Notes under the pieces: model-generated | The model's input: the letters and a program-made list of their open reading frames with translations, nothing else | Told to the model about the DNA's origin: nothing | Database searches by the model: none | Program-made: the position numbers and the translations under genes | In this document: one piece after another, positions 21,024-28,643 of the stretch | Position numbering within the stretch: position 1 is the stretch's first letter | How the letters are laid out: each line of letters begins with the position of its first letter | Assembly: GCA_964472085.1 (NCBI GenBank) | Contig: CAYYIW010000018.1 | Location: forward strand, 635 to 64,634 | Origin: an uncultured Rikenellaceae bacterium | GTDB taxonomy: Bacteria > Bacteroidota > Bacteroidia > Bacteroidales > VadinHA17 | Length of the DNA: 64,000 bases | Direction of reading: 5' to 3'

Positions 21024-21602
21024 ATGGATGATTCAACCCTGACCGACGGAATCCTCTCAGGATCCCCGGCTGCATACAGGTATCTTATTGATAGGTACCA
21101 GCAAAATGTATTCAGAACGGTTATGGGATTTATTCATTCAGAAACCGATGCTGAGGATATTACACAGGAAGTATTTATTGAGGTGTTCAGGTCTGTTGGA
21201 AGATTTCGTAAAGAATCAGGACTATCAACCTGGATCTACAGGATTGCAGTTAATAAATCCATAAATTTCCACAGGGCCAGGAGGAGAAAAAAAATAATTT
21301 CTTTTTTTGACCTGAATGCAGAAAATGTACGGGAATTGAAACAGGAACCTGTCTCACCCATAGACTTCAGTCCTGATTCATCACTGGACAGGGAAGTGCA
21401 TGCTGCTGAGATTCAAAAAGCCCTGGATAGCCTGCCACATAACCAGCGGACCGCTTTTATCATGAGCAAATACGATGATCTTTCATACCAGGAGATTGCA
21501 TCTGTCATGAATACAACAATTTCCTCTGTTGAATCCCTTTTATTCAGGGCCAGAAGGAATCTTCAGAAAAAACTTTATTCATATTTTAAAAAAAATCTGT
21601 AA
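21024..21602 (+). CDS. RNA polymerase ECF-type sigma-70 factor
   Basis: Region 2 (DAEDITQEVFIEVFRS...STWIYRIAVNKSINFHR) and region 4 (LSYQEIASVMNTTISSVESLLFRARRNL). I prefer the ATG at 21024 over the TTG at 21003 in the ORF track. Confidence 0.9.
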   Translation: MDDSTLTDGILSGSPAAYRYLIDRYQQNVFRTVMGFIHSETDAEDITQEVFIEVFRSVGRFRKESGLSTWIYRIAVNKSINFHRARRRKKIISFFDLNAENVRELKQEPVSPIDFSPDSSLDREVHAAEIQKALDSLPHNQRTAFIMSKYDDLSYQEIASVMNTTISSVESLLFRARRNLQKKLYSYFKKNL

Positions 21603-22094
21603 ATGAGCGCAAGTAAGCTGAAGCATCCTTGTCTAAATGGAAAAGAGAAGATCATGAACTGTAAAAAACAAAGAACGGACATCCTTTTATATGCTGAAGA
21701 CCTTCTTGACGAAAACGACAGGCGGGATGTTGAATTGCATATGGAAGCATGCAGGGATTGCAGGGAGTTCATGGTTTATGTGAAAAAATCTCTGCTGGCT
21801 GCTGAAAGGGAGAAGAATATTGAGCCCAATCCCTTCCTGGCCACCAGGATCATGAATGCCCTTGAAGCAAAGCAGCACAAGGGTAGTACTATCAGGCGAT
21901 GGGTACCTGGCTTTGCTTTTGCTATTCTGTTCGTGGCAGCAGTTATAGGAGGGATAAACCTGGGGAAGCTTTATTCCCGTACTATCCTTTCAAATAAAAA
22001 TGAGCTGCAGGAAGAGGTGAGTTATATAGATGATATTGAGCAGGAACAGATAGAAAATTTTTTCATGACTTCAAATGAAACAGGCAATGAATAA
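21603..22094 (+). CDS. Anti-sigma factor (zf-HC2-like, single-pass membrane protein)
   Basis: The ATG directly follows the sigma-factor TAA. HMEACRDCREF zinc-finger motif and a central TM segment (FAFAILFVAAVIGGINL). An alternative start is the ATG at 21654. Confidence 0.7.
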   Translation: MSASKLKHPCLNGKEKIMNCKKQRTDILLYAEDLLDENDRRDVELHMEACRDCREFMVYVKKSLLAAEREKNIEPNPFLATRIMNALEAKQHKGSTIRRWVPGFAFAILFVAAVIGGINLGKLYSRTILSNKNELQEEVSYIDDIEQEQIENFFMTSNETGNE

Positions 22095-22638
22095 AACAAA
22101 GCTATTGATATGGATAGTAGTAATACTTGTTGCTGTAAATGTGGCAGCAATTATTTCAGGATTGGTATTCTCTTCAGAAAGGAAGAATGAGTTTCCGGTG
22201 CGAACGGATATACCATATAACCGTAGAGCTGATTTCTTCAGGGGTCAGCTTGGGCTTGATAATACTCAGAGACAAAGTTTTATGAATTTCAACAGGGAGT
22301 TTAACCATCGGGCCAGGGCGATCACAGGGAGAATGAATCTGGAGAGATACAGAATGGTGGAGGAGATGGCAGCTTCACATCCCGACAGGGAACGACTCGA
22401 TTCAATATGTGTGGATATCGGTCAGCTTCATACTGAACTTAAGAGGGCAACAGTTGACTACTATTTAAAAATGAAAAGTGTCTGCAACCCGGAACAGCAG
22501 GTTGAGCTAAACAGGTTATTTGAGAGAATAATAAATGCTGACAATGGTGAAGGGATGGGACCTGGCCATACCCGGCAGAAAAGGGGCCCGGGTATGGGAC
22601 GCGGACGGCAGAATCAAGGCAGATCTATGTTAAATTAA
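22075..22638 (+). CDS. Membrane-anchored periplasmic LTXXQ/Spy-CpxP-CnrX-like protein (the type often annotated as periplasmic heavy-metal sensor)
   Basis: N-terminal TM anchor, helical body (GLDNTQRQSF...), and a Gly/Arg/Met-rich C-terminal tail. Overlaps the anti-sigma gene by 20 nt. An alternative start is at 22087. Confidence 0.6.
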   Translation: MKQAMNKTKLLIWIVVILVAVNVAAIISGLVFSSERKNEFPVRTDIPYNRRADFFRGQLGLDNTQRQSFMNFNREFNHRARAITGRMNLERYRMVEEMAASHPDRERLDSICVDIGQLHTELKRATVDYYLKMKSVCNPEQQVELNRLFERIINADNGEGMGPGHTRQKRGPGMGRGRQNQGRSMLN

Positions 22639-22653
22639 AATAAATTCAAATTC

Positions 22654-23169
22654 ATGAAAAGTACAGTTAAGACAATGGGATTATTGCTTGGCATATTGCT
22701 GGCAGGATCACTGATCGTGCAGGGACAGAACACCTATGTTCAACCTGGTTTCAGGTACAGGACATTTAACAGAATACCTGACCTGACGGAGAAGCAGAAA
22801 ACAGAACTTACAGAACTTGCTCAGACACACTGGGTAAAGATGGATACGCTGAGGGCCGAAATGAGAAGGACCACCGATATCCAGAAAAGGGGGGATATCG
22901 CCCGTGATATTCAGATCGAGAAAGATACTCACAGGCAAAATGTCCTGAACCTGTTAACGGATAAGCAAAAAGAAGCTTTTAATTCATTTCCAGGCATGGG
23001 AATGAGAGGGCCGGCTTACGGACAACCGGGAAGAAGAGGCCCGGGGAGGGGAATGGGACCCGGCAACAGAGGTTACGGAATGCATGGCCATGGACGTGGT
23101 ATGGGGCCCGGAATGAACCGGAACAACTGTCCGGTGTGGCAGGGAAGAGGCCGCGGAGTATGGCAGTAA
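22654..23169 (+). CDS. Secreted LTXXQ-motif (Spy/CpxP-like) protein with G/R/M/P/H-rich tail
   Basis: Signal peptide, two LTXXQ motifs (LTEKQKTEL, LTDKQKEAF), and a ~60-aa low-complexity tail with repeated GRGMGPG. Confidence 0.6.
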   Translation: MKSTVKTMGLLLGILLAGSLIVQGQNTYVQPGFRYRTFNRIPDLTEKQKTELTELAQTHWVKMDTLRAEMRRTTDIQKRGDIARDIQIEKDTHRQNVLNLLTDKQKEAFNSFPGMGMRGPAYGQPGRRGPGRGMGPGNRGYGMHGHGRGMGPGMNRNNCPVWQGRGRGVWQ

Positions 23170-23209
23170 TGGTCCGGCAATACAAAAAAGGATGTCTTTA
23201 AAGTCGAGT

Positions 23210-23323
23210 TTAACCGCAAAGGACGCAAAGGAGGTGCAAAGAACACAAAGGCAAAGTCTTTAATTTCCTTCTTTTGCGTTCTCTGCGTAATCCCGATCGG
23301 GACTCTGCGCACTCTGCGGTTAA
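23210..23323 (-). repeat. 114-nt imperfect inverted-repeat element built from CTYTGCG/CGCARAG heptamers and bounded by TTAACC...GGTTAA; probable 3'-UTR hairpin/terminator of dusB
   Basis: Manual pairing gives an outer stem 23210-23230/23303-23323 and an inner stem 23236-23251/23271-23286, with an internal 12-bp palindrome tcccgatcggga (23291-23302). It lies between the convergent stops at 23169 (+) and 23382 (-). Confidence 0.7.
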
Positions 23324-23381
23324 AGTTTTTAGACTTTTGAGACACCCTCTTTTTTATCAAAATAATACCCTTCCTGTGTTT

Positions 23382-24395
23382 TTATACCTTATAAACTGAT
23401 GTCAGATCTTCGCTGCGGAAATCGCCCCATTTTTCTCGTATCTCGTTGATTATGTCTTTTATTATATCAGTATCAGTCTCAGTCAAAAGTCTCAGCCGTG
23501 TTTCCTTAAAATGGGGAAGGCCCTTGAAATAGTTGGAGAAATGCCGGCGCATCTCAAATACCGATCTTTTGCCCTCTTTGAATTCAAGCGATTTTTCTAA
23601 ATGGAACAGGGCGGTATCTGCTTTTTCACTCACGACCGGTTCAGGTAAAATCTCCCCGGTACTTAGAAAATGCCTTATATCCCTGAATAACCATGGTCTG
23701 CCAACAGCTGCACGACCTATCATAATCCCATCAACACCGTACCTGTTAAACATCTCCTTCGCCCTTAAAGGTCCGTCTATATCACCATTGCCGATAACCG
23801 GAATCTTCATCCGTGGATTGTTTTTAACCTCTCCGATAAGGGTCCAGTCGGCTTTTCCCTTATACAATTGGACCCTGGTTCTTCCATGAATGGTTATAGC
23901 TTTTATACCTGCATCCTGCAGTTTCTCAGCGATCTCTGCAATATTCCTGTTTTCATCATCCCATCCCAGCCTGGTCTTTACAGTCACAGGCAGCTTAACA
24001 GCTTTGACAATGGCTTCCGTCATCCCGATCATCAACGGAACATTCCGCAGCATTCCTGCTCCGGCCCCCCTGCCGGCTATCTTCCTGACAGGACACCCAA
24101 AGTTTATATCGATCATTTCGGGCTGAGCCTCTTCTGCAATCAGGGCCGCCTCTACCATGGCCGGGATCAGGTGACCGTAAAGCTGTATGCCTATCGGACG
24201 TTCATAATCAAATATATCAAGTTTCTTTACACTCTTCCGCCCGTCACGGATAAGTCCGTCAGATGAGATGAATTCAGTATACATTACATCCGCACCGAAC
24301 TTTTTACAAACCATTCTGAATGAAGGATCCGTTATATCCTCCATTGGCGCCAGGAAAAGCGGGTAGTCACCCAGTGTTATGTTACCTATAGTCAA
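23382..24395 (-). CDS. dusB: tRNA dihydrouridine synthase B
   Basis: LAPMEDITD..FR, IDINFGCP, TVKTRLGWD, ITIHGRT and GNGDI motifs across the full length. Confidence 0.9.
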   Translation of the reverse strand: MTIGNITLGDYPLFLAPMEDITDPSFRMVCKKFGADVMYTEFISSDGLIRDGRKSVKKLDIFDYERPIGIQLYGHLIPAMVEAALIAEEAQPEMIDINFGCPVRKIAGRGAGAGMLRNVPLMIGMTEAIVKAVKLPVTVKTRLGWDDENRNIAEIAEKLQDAGIKAITIHGRTRVQLYKGKADWTLIGEVKNNPRMKIPVIGNGDIDGPLRAKEMFNRYGVDGIMIGRAAVGRPWLFRDIRHFLSTGEILPEPVVSEKADTALFHLEKSLEFKEGKRSVFEMRRHFSNYFKGLPHFKETRLRLLTETDTDIIKDIINEIREKWGDFRSEDLTSVYKV

Positions 24396-24479
24396 GAATT
24401 TATGATTTAAATGACTAAAATATTAACTTTGTCCGTTATTATTAAGGAATAATAACTTTTTGACTGCAAAATTAATAAA

Positions 24480-25430
24480 ATGGGTGGTAACATACGAAAT
24501 CTGAATTTTGCCCGGTATTCACCTCTTGTCCAGATAATAATATCACTGGCAATCATTATAGGCGCAGGTTTCTTCCTTATGTTAATCATGCTGATCCCTG
24601 GCTTTCTCATCTTTCATGCTGATATTTCCGGACTGATATCATCATCAGGAGAACCCGGACAGAACGATATTGCCTTTCTCAGATATATGGTCATTGTCCA
24701 GGATATAGCATTATTTATTGTGCCTGCTCTCATCATTATGGTACTTATGCGAACGGAGAACCATTCCGGACTGGTTGATTTAAGGCTTCCACGGCTTAGT
24801 GATGTTCTGCTGGTAATCATTCTGGCTTTCTTCCTTATACCTGTTACCGATTTTACTGGCCGGCTTAATGCAGGGCTGCATCTTCCACAATGGATGTCGG
24901 GAGTGGAACACTGGATGGTATCGAAAGAGGATGAAGCTGATGGTATGATAGACCGCCTGATAGTATCCAATAATATCACAACATTGCTTATGAATCTTGT
25001 AATGATAGCTGTATTGCCTGCCCTGGGAGAAGAACTGATATTCAGGGGTGTCTTTCAGAAAATCCTGTACAGGCTTTTCAGATCGGGGCATGCAGCGGTC
25101 TGGTTTACCGCCATTATTTTCAGCGCCATACATTTCCAGTTCCTGGGATTCATTCCCAGACTTATCCTTGGACTCGTGTTTGGATACCTGTTTTTATGGA
25201 GCGGGACCCTGTGGCTTCCGATTGTGGCACATTTTGTAAACAATGCAATACCAGTTGTGGGAACTTATCTCCATTATTATGACGGTGTATCTCAACCTCA
25301 GGAATTTCCTTCATGGAACGAAGCTTTGACATTGCTGTTCCCCGTTGTGGTCTGTACCGGCATAATGATATATCTGAAGAAGAACTCCGGGAAAAATAAT
25401 CTGACGAACGGGGACAGAATACAGGAGTGA
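24480..25430 (+). CDS. CPBP (CAAX) family intramembrane glutamic endopeptidase
   Basis: Polytopic membrane protein with motifs GEELIFRGVF, FSAIHFQF and AHFVNNA. Confidence 0.8.
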   Translation: MGGNIRNLNFARYSPLVQIIISLAIIIGAGFFLMLIMLIPGFLIFHADISGLISSSGEPGQNDIAFLRYMVIVQDIALFIVPALIIMVLMRTENHSGLVDLRLPRLSDVLLVIILAFFLIPVTDFTGRLNAGLHLPQWMSGVEHWMVSKEDEADGMIDRLIVSNNITTLLMNLVMIAVLPALGEELIFRGVFQKILYRLFRSGHAAVWFTAIIFSAIHFQFLGFIPRLILGLVFGYLFLWSGTLWLPIVAHFVNNAIPVVGTYLHYYDGVSQPQEFPSWNEALTLLFPVVVCTGIMIYLKKNSGKNNLTNGDRIQE

Positions 25431-25470
25431 TATTAAAATTTGATTTTTACCAGTTCATAGATACCGGGGA

Positions 25471-26196
25471 TTAAGACTGGTTTTGCTCGTGTAAATTAAC
25501 GGCCTTTTCCAGTTCCCCTTTGCGATAGAAATAGACCAGGCCGTATTCTTCATTGCTGTTTTTACGAATATCCTCTTCAAGATTTGCATGTGATGCCTCT
25601 ACTTCATTCCACAAATGCAGAATGATCTCATCTGCTTCTTTGCGAAGCCCGGCAATTTTCCCTGCAAGATCAGTTGTCCTTTTCGATAAGGTATTATTAA
25701 AGGTCCATGATTCGAGGTAGTTCTCAAATCTCACTTTTACAACGGCAATTGTAGGGTTGGTTATGGGGCTGCCACCTTTCCGAATCCTGAATTCCTCTCC
25801 TTCAATAATCCTCCTGCCCCATGTCATAAGTTCATTTTCAGTATTTAAGGAAGGAATATTGGAATCATCAGTGGCAAGTCCTAAATAAGCTCTTGTCTCA
25901 GCAGGAAGATCCCCCCTGTGAATGGCCATATTCATGACCTTAATAAAATGATTAAGATATATCTTAGCCTTCCGGAGCGTGTCACTGTAATTCTTACTTT
26001 TTTTATTCTGGGAAGCAAGTGCCTGCCTGTGCAACTGAATGTAATGTTCAAACTGTGGAATGAATTTTTGTAGCTTTACGATTGTTTTAGCTGAGATAGA
26101 CACTTTATAAGGCGGTTGCTCTTTCCCTTTTTCAAGAGCTGTCCTCATTGCCCTGATACGGGCAGTATCGGTGTTTGGCAATCTTCTGTAAGGCAT
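25471..26196 (-). CDS. Hypothetical protein (soluble, helical; no family recognised)
   Basis: Clean 241-aa ORF filling an otherwise empty interval with no competing ORF. I recognised no motifs. Confidence 0.55.
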   Translation of the reverse strand: MPYRRLPNTDTARIRAMRTALEKGKEQPPYKVSISAKTIVKLQKFIPQFEHYIQLHRQALASQNKKSKNYSDTLRKAKIYLNHFIKVMNMAIHRGDLPAETRAYLGLATDDSNIPSLNTENELMTWGRRIIEGEEFRIRKGGSPITNPTIAVVKVRFENYLESWTFNNTLSKRTTDLAGKIAGLRKEADEIILHLWNEVEASHANLEEDIRKNSNEEYGLVYFYRKGELEKAVNLHEQNQS

Positions 26197-26401
26197 AACA
26201 GGAAAGATTTGTTATATTCGACATGTAGGTAGCAGATGCGAATATAAGAATTTTTCATCAATTACAAAGGGTATTCGCTGAATAAATGTTTTGATTATTA
26301 AATTGTTTTGTTTACAACACGGAAATAATGGCCCTTTAACCCTGAAGATCCTGTTATTTGTGATAGGTTTTAATTCTTATGCTGTATAACAGTTAATATC
26401 G

Positions 26402-27376
26402 TCAGATTCTTGCAAGGACGAGAAATGTTGCATGCAGTGAGATTGTAAGTATCAGGTACAGGTTCCTGGCTTTCGCAGATGATAACCCCGCAAACTTATA
26501 TTTTATTGAGGATGTATGGCAGCCAGCCAGACAGTCTCCGCATAAAGTGCATGTTATGCCTGGTTTTGAGCTGCGGATATCATCCGGATTCAGTGCATCA
26601 TACTTGCAAAATCTGGTACATCCCATGCATAAAGTACAACTGTTGTCTATATACATCCTGAAAGGATTAATATGTTTGAGAATATTAACGACTGTACCTA
26701 CAGGACAAAACATGACACAATGAAACATTTTCCCCCTTTTTCGTGATATGAAAACCATTGTTAATATTCCGGCAATACCGAACGATGCTGCAATAGTAGT
26801 TGAGACGAGCATATTTACATTAAGCCATCGAAGAATGATCGCCATTGTTATGATAAGCAATAATATTGTCGATTTTATAGCTGTTTTGAATTTTAGCACT
26901 CCAGGGGTTGTCTTGCCTCCCGAAGCCAGGTTGTCGAAGGCCCCAAAGTAACAAAGCTGGCTGCACCAGGCTGGTCCAGTAAGGATGACAGTGCTCAGGA
27001 ACAGGATTGTCATTACCGATAATTCTCCCCTGTAAACAGGTCCTGCCAGGATCATCATTGGTACAGGCAGGTGCAGCTTACCTGTCATTAGAAACTTTTC
27101 TGCACCGGATAACCCGATAATTAACTGTGAGAAGAACACAATAGAAAACAACGTCCATGTAATCCTTCTCCATTTTGGTGCCATAACAGGATCCTGCATC
27201 CGGTAAGCCACGAACGACCCGTAAAGGGCTGCAAGTAATATCTCAGCCCAACCGGATCCGGGGAGGAATCTTTCGGCCAGCAACATGGGTGTTGATACTT
27301 TGATCTGAACAACGGCGAGTAATAAGAAAACCAATATAAAAACTATGGACGGGACTCTATATTTCTTAAAAGTCAT
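26402..27376 (-). CDS. Membrane-bound 4Fe-4S polyferredoxin (NapH/MauN/CcoG-like)
   Basis: Several TM helices, two CX3CP-type motifs (CSQLCYFG, CVMFCPVG) and two ferredoxin motifs (CTLCMGCTRFC, CTLCGDCLAGC). The start overlaps the Rrf2 stop by 4 nt. Confidence 0.75.
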   Translation of the reverse strand: MTFKKYRVPSIVFILVFLLLAVVQIKVSTPMLLAERFLPGSGWAEILLAALYGSFVAYRMQDPVMAPKWRRITWTLFSIVFFSQLIIGLSGAEKFLMTGKLHLPVPMMILAGPVYRGELSVMTILFLSTVILTGPAWCSQLCYFGAFDNLASGGKTTPGVLKFKTAIKSTILLLIITMAIILRWLNVNMLVSTTIAASFGIAGILTMVFISRKRGKMFHCVMFCPVGTVVNILKHINPFRMYIDNSCTLCMGCTRFCKYDALNPDDIRSSKPGITCTLCGDCLAGCHTSSIKYKFAGLSSAKARNLYLILTISLHATFLVLARI

Positions 27377-27813
27377 AGGGTATTCTTAATGTTTTCGGGT
27401 TCGCTGTTGTAAACCTCCAGAGCCAGAGTGCCAATCGTCTCCCCCGAAAGCAGGTCGTTAAGTGAATCCCTGATCGCAACATATTTAAAATGTAAAGGGC
27501 ATGGATTATTTTCATCACATTGTTTAAGACCAAATACACAACCGTTAAAAGATCTGTCACCCTCAATAGATGAAACCAGTTCTGATAACGGGACCTCAGT
27601 CTTATTTTCATCAAAGAAAAATCCGCCGCCCTTACCCTTCATTGACTCCAGGAAACCGGACCTGACAAGGCGTTGCAATATTTTAGCAACAAAAAAAGGG
27701 GGTGCATCTATTTCCCGTGCTATTTCAACAGTCCCGGGCCTCCTCTTCTTAAGGTTCTGGACTTTAATATATACAAGCCCTCTTATTGCATATTCAGTCT
27801 CCTTATTGAACAT
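27373..27813 (-). CDS. Rrf2-family transcriptional regulator with putative Fe-S ligand cysteines
   Basis: N-terminal winged-HTH pattern (TEYAIRGLVYI...EIAREI..P..FVAKILQRL...G...S.KG..GG) and the C-x6-C-x5-C cluster CVFGLKQCDENNPC. Confidence 0.85.
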   Translation of the reverse strand: MFNKETEYAIRGLVYIKVQNLKKRRPGTVEIAREIDAPPFFVAKILQRLVRSGFLESMKGKGGGFFFDENKTEVPLSELVSSIEGDRSFNGCVFGLKQCDENNPCPLHFKYVAIRDSLNDLLSGETIGTLALEVYNSEPENIKNTL

Positions 27814-27904
27814 TCTCTTTCGAATATGATAATTATTGATTGCAAATATATAAAAATATCCAATAAACCACCAAAAGACCTTTTAGTCTTATAATAAATA
27901 ATTT

Positions 27905-27912
27905 TATCTTTG
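27905..27912 (+). promoter_or_regulatory. Candidate Bacteroidota -7 promoter element (TAnnTTTG) for the hemerythrin gene
   Basis: tatctttg matches TAnnTTTG about 20 nt upstream of the ATG at 27932. This is a single-motif call only. Confidence 0.35.
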
Positions 27913-27931
27913 TCCTGAAAATATATATACT

Positions 27932-28477
27932 ATGGAAACAGCAACAAAAGATCTGAAAAATGATCATGAACACATTCTGCATCTTATTGATGTGATGGAA
28001 CGCATATCGGGGATGCCGCAACCAAATGTTGGCCATCTCGAAAGCATTGTTGACATAATCAGGAATTTTGCTGATGGTACCCATCATGCTAAAGAAGAAA
28101 ATATCCTGTTTCCTCTGTTGGCAGAAAGAGGTTTTTCATTGTCACAGGGCCCTGTGGCAGTTATGCTGCATGAGCATGTGCAGGGCAGGAATTATGTTAG
28201 GGGTATTGATGAAAACATACAGCTTTACAAGCAAGGAGATCAGGCTGCCCTGTCCGGTATATATCAAAATATGGATGGTTATGCAGATCTGCTCCGCAAC
28301 CATATTGCAAAGGAGAATAATGTTCTGTTCAGAATGGCAGATAATGCTCTTTCAGAGGATGAGCAGAAGGAGACCCTTTCAAAGTTCAGGGAAGCAGAGA
28401 GAGTGAAAGGTTCAAATTCATACAGCTATGATTATGTTAAAAGAATAGAGGAACTTGTATCTTATTATGGTGTTTAG
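27932..28477 (+). CDS. Hemerythrin (HHE cation-binding) domain protein
   Basis: His/Glu ligand pattern: DHEHILHL, HHAKEENILFP, MLHEHVQGR, HIAKENNVLF. Confidence 0.85.
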   Translation: METATKDLKNDHEHILHLIDVMERISGMPQPNVGHLESIVDIIRNFADGTHHAKEENILFPLLAERGFSLSQGPVAVMLHEHVQGRNYVRGIDENIQLYKQGDQAALSGIYQNMDGYADLLRNHIAKENNVLFRMADNALSEDEQKETLSKFREAERVKGSNSYSYDYVKRIEELVSYYGV

Positions 28478-28643
28478 CATTGGTCCGGTTTTTATCAGGC
28501 CTGAAATTCGGTTATAACCTGGATAAAAAGAAAGAGACTACCCGGTGTCTTGGGAGATGTTCGGAAATTATTACTGTTCCCCGGTTGATATATCCGTTCA
28601 AGGGTGTTAAATTAGAGGATTTAAATGACTAAAAAGTTCCATT

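Noticed and set aside
23073-23360. 95-aa minus-strand ORF spanning the heptamer repeat element.
   Set aside because: It overlaps the 3' end of the LTXXQ gene and the repeat element. Its Arg/Pro-rich, repeat-driven translation is best explained as an artefact of the low-complexity and palindromic DNA.
24404-24420. Exact 17-mer GATTTAAATGACTAAAA shared by two intergenic regions (24404-24420 upstream of dusB/CPBP and 28618-28634, 10 nt upstream of pepP).
   Set aside because: My rough expectation for a chance 17-mer match in 64 kb on both strands is ~0.2-1 in AT-rich DNA. Similarity does not extend beyond the 17-mer, and there is no dyad symmetry. It may be a promoter-type motif, but the evidence is insufficient.
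20006-25430. Two CPBP/CAAX proteases flanking the ECF module, as a possible bacteriocin-immunity (Abi-like) system.
   Set aside because: No bacteriocin precursor, ABC exporter or modification enzyme lies nearby, and the two genes are separated by unrelated housekeeping genes (dusB). The adjacency looks coincidental.
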